DNA of 63,596 nucleotides, the filler included, from Octopus bimaculoides (taxonomy: Eukaryota), in NCBI RefSeq assembly GCF_001194135.2. It is 9 parts of 8 records of this genome, joined end to end, with 100 filler letters (N's around TTAATTAATTAA, not from the genome) between each part and the next. Parts side by side here need not be neighbours in the genome. Positions count along the whole stretch, not along the records: positions 59,846 to 63,596 come from NC_069000.1; 8 more parts are not named here. One strand, given 5' to 3'. The position numbers and the translations under genes are program-made. The notes beneath the pieces are model-generated. The model had not been told where the DNA came from. It saw only the letters and a program-made list of their open reading frames with translations, and did no database searches. Below, in pieces: positions 62,967 to 63,596 of the stretch (position 1 is its first letter; each line of letters opens with the position of its first letter).

Positions 62967-63596
62967 TATAATTAGGAATGAATCACAGTGAGTTTTGTAT
63001 GCATATGAAACGAACGTGCCAAGAGAATAGTTCCTTAGATGTAGCAGAATATTAGGTTTCCAATTTTCCAAACCTTGATTATATCATAAAACAATGAACT
63101 TTTTATGTGTTGGTCAAGTCATAAGACTACATGACAACGATACCAATAACAACAACAACAACACCAACAACAACAACACCAACAGCAACAATGACGACGA
63201 CGACGACGACGACGACGGCGACGGCGACGACGACGACGGCGACGGCACGAACAACAAATACAAGAAGAAATATACTGTCGCTACTGGAGGAATTTTGATG
63301 GAATTATTCTGCAATAAACTCAGCTGCGAACAAGAAGAAATGGTCTTCCGGGAAATCTCTTCTTGGTATCAGATCTTATCCTTCAAGTCAAAAGTCACGG
63401 TTCTCCAAAATGAGACATTACGACTGCGTACATTTGGAACGGGGTGAGAATGGAATCGTGTATGTGTGTGTGTGGAGAGGCGTGGGGTGGGGTGTATATA
63501 CAAGGTCCACACATGCACACACACATATGTATATATATTGATATATATATATACATACATATACATAGGTATATATATATATATATATATATATAT

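Overview
Gappy, AT-rich animal DNA, dense in microsatellites and tRNA-headed SINEs; the repeat content suggests an octopus or other coleoid cephalopod (inference). The window is nine segments joined by eight identical 100-bp artificial spacers (44 N + TTAATTAATTAA + 44 N), so adjacency across spacers is unverified. Only two protein-coding exons are supported, both on the + strand and in different segments: a 192-nt SCAPER C-terminal exon (1168-1359) and a 96-nt phase-1/1 EGF exon of WIF1/Shifted or VWDE type (56166-56261). The rest is intronic or intergenic: three abundant SINE families, decayed LINEs (CR1/L2-like, HERO-like, RTE, two R4/Dong-like pieces abutting (TAA)n), mariner, Tigger and hAT relics, and simple repeats. 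Nearly all ORF-track entries are microsatellite or N-gap artefacts. There is no CRISPR array, rRNA or true tRNA. The most interesting structures are a 51-bp minisatellite grown from inside a SINE within a tandem/foldback SINE array (18650-20345), a modular foldback with alternative stems (8300-9430), several long near-perfect hairpins, Penelope-type minimal hammerhead ribozyme relics, a mariner derivative made of two inverted left ends, and a 28-bp-phased CRE array near the EGF exon. I did not find a clearly new biological system; the findings are leads, not established results.
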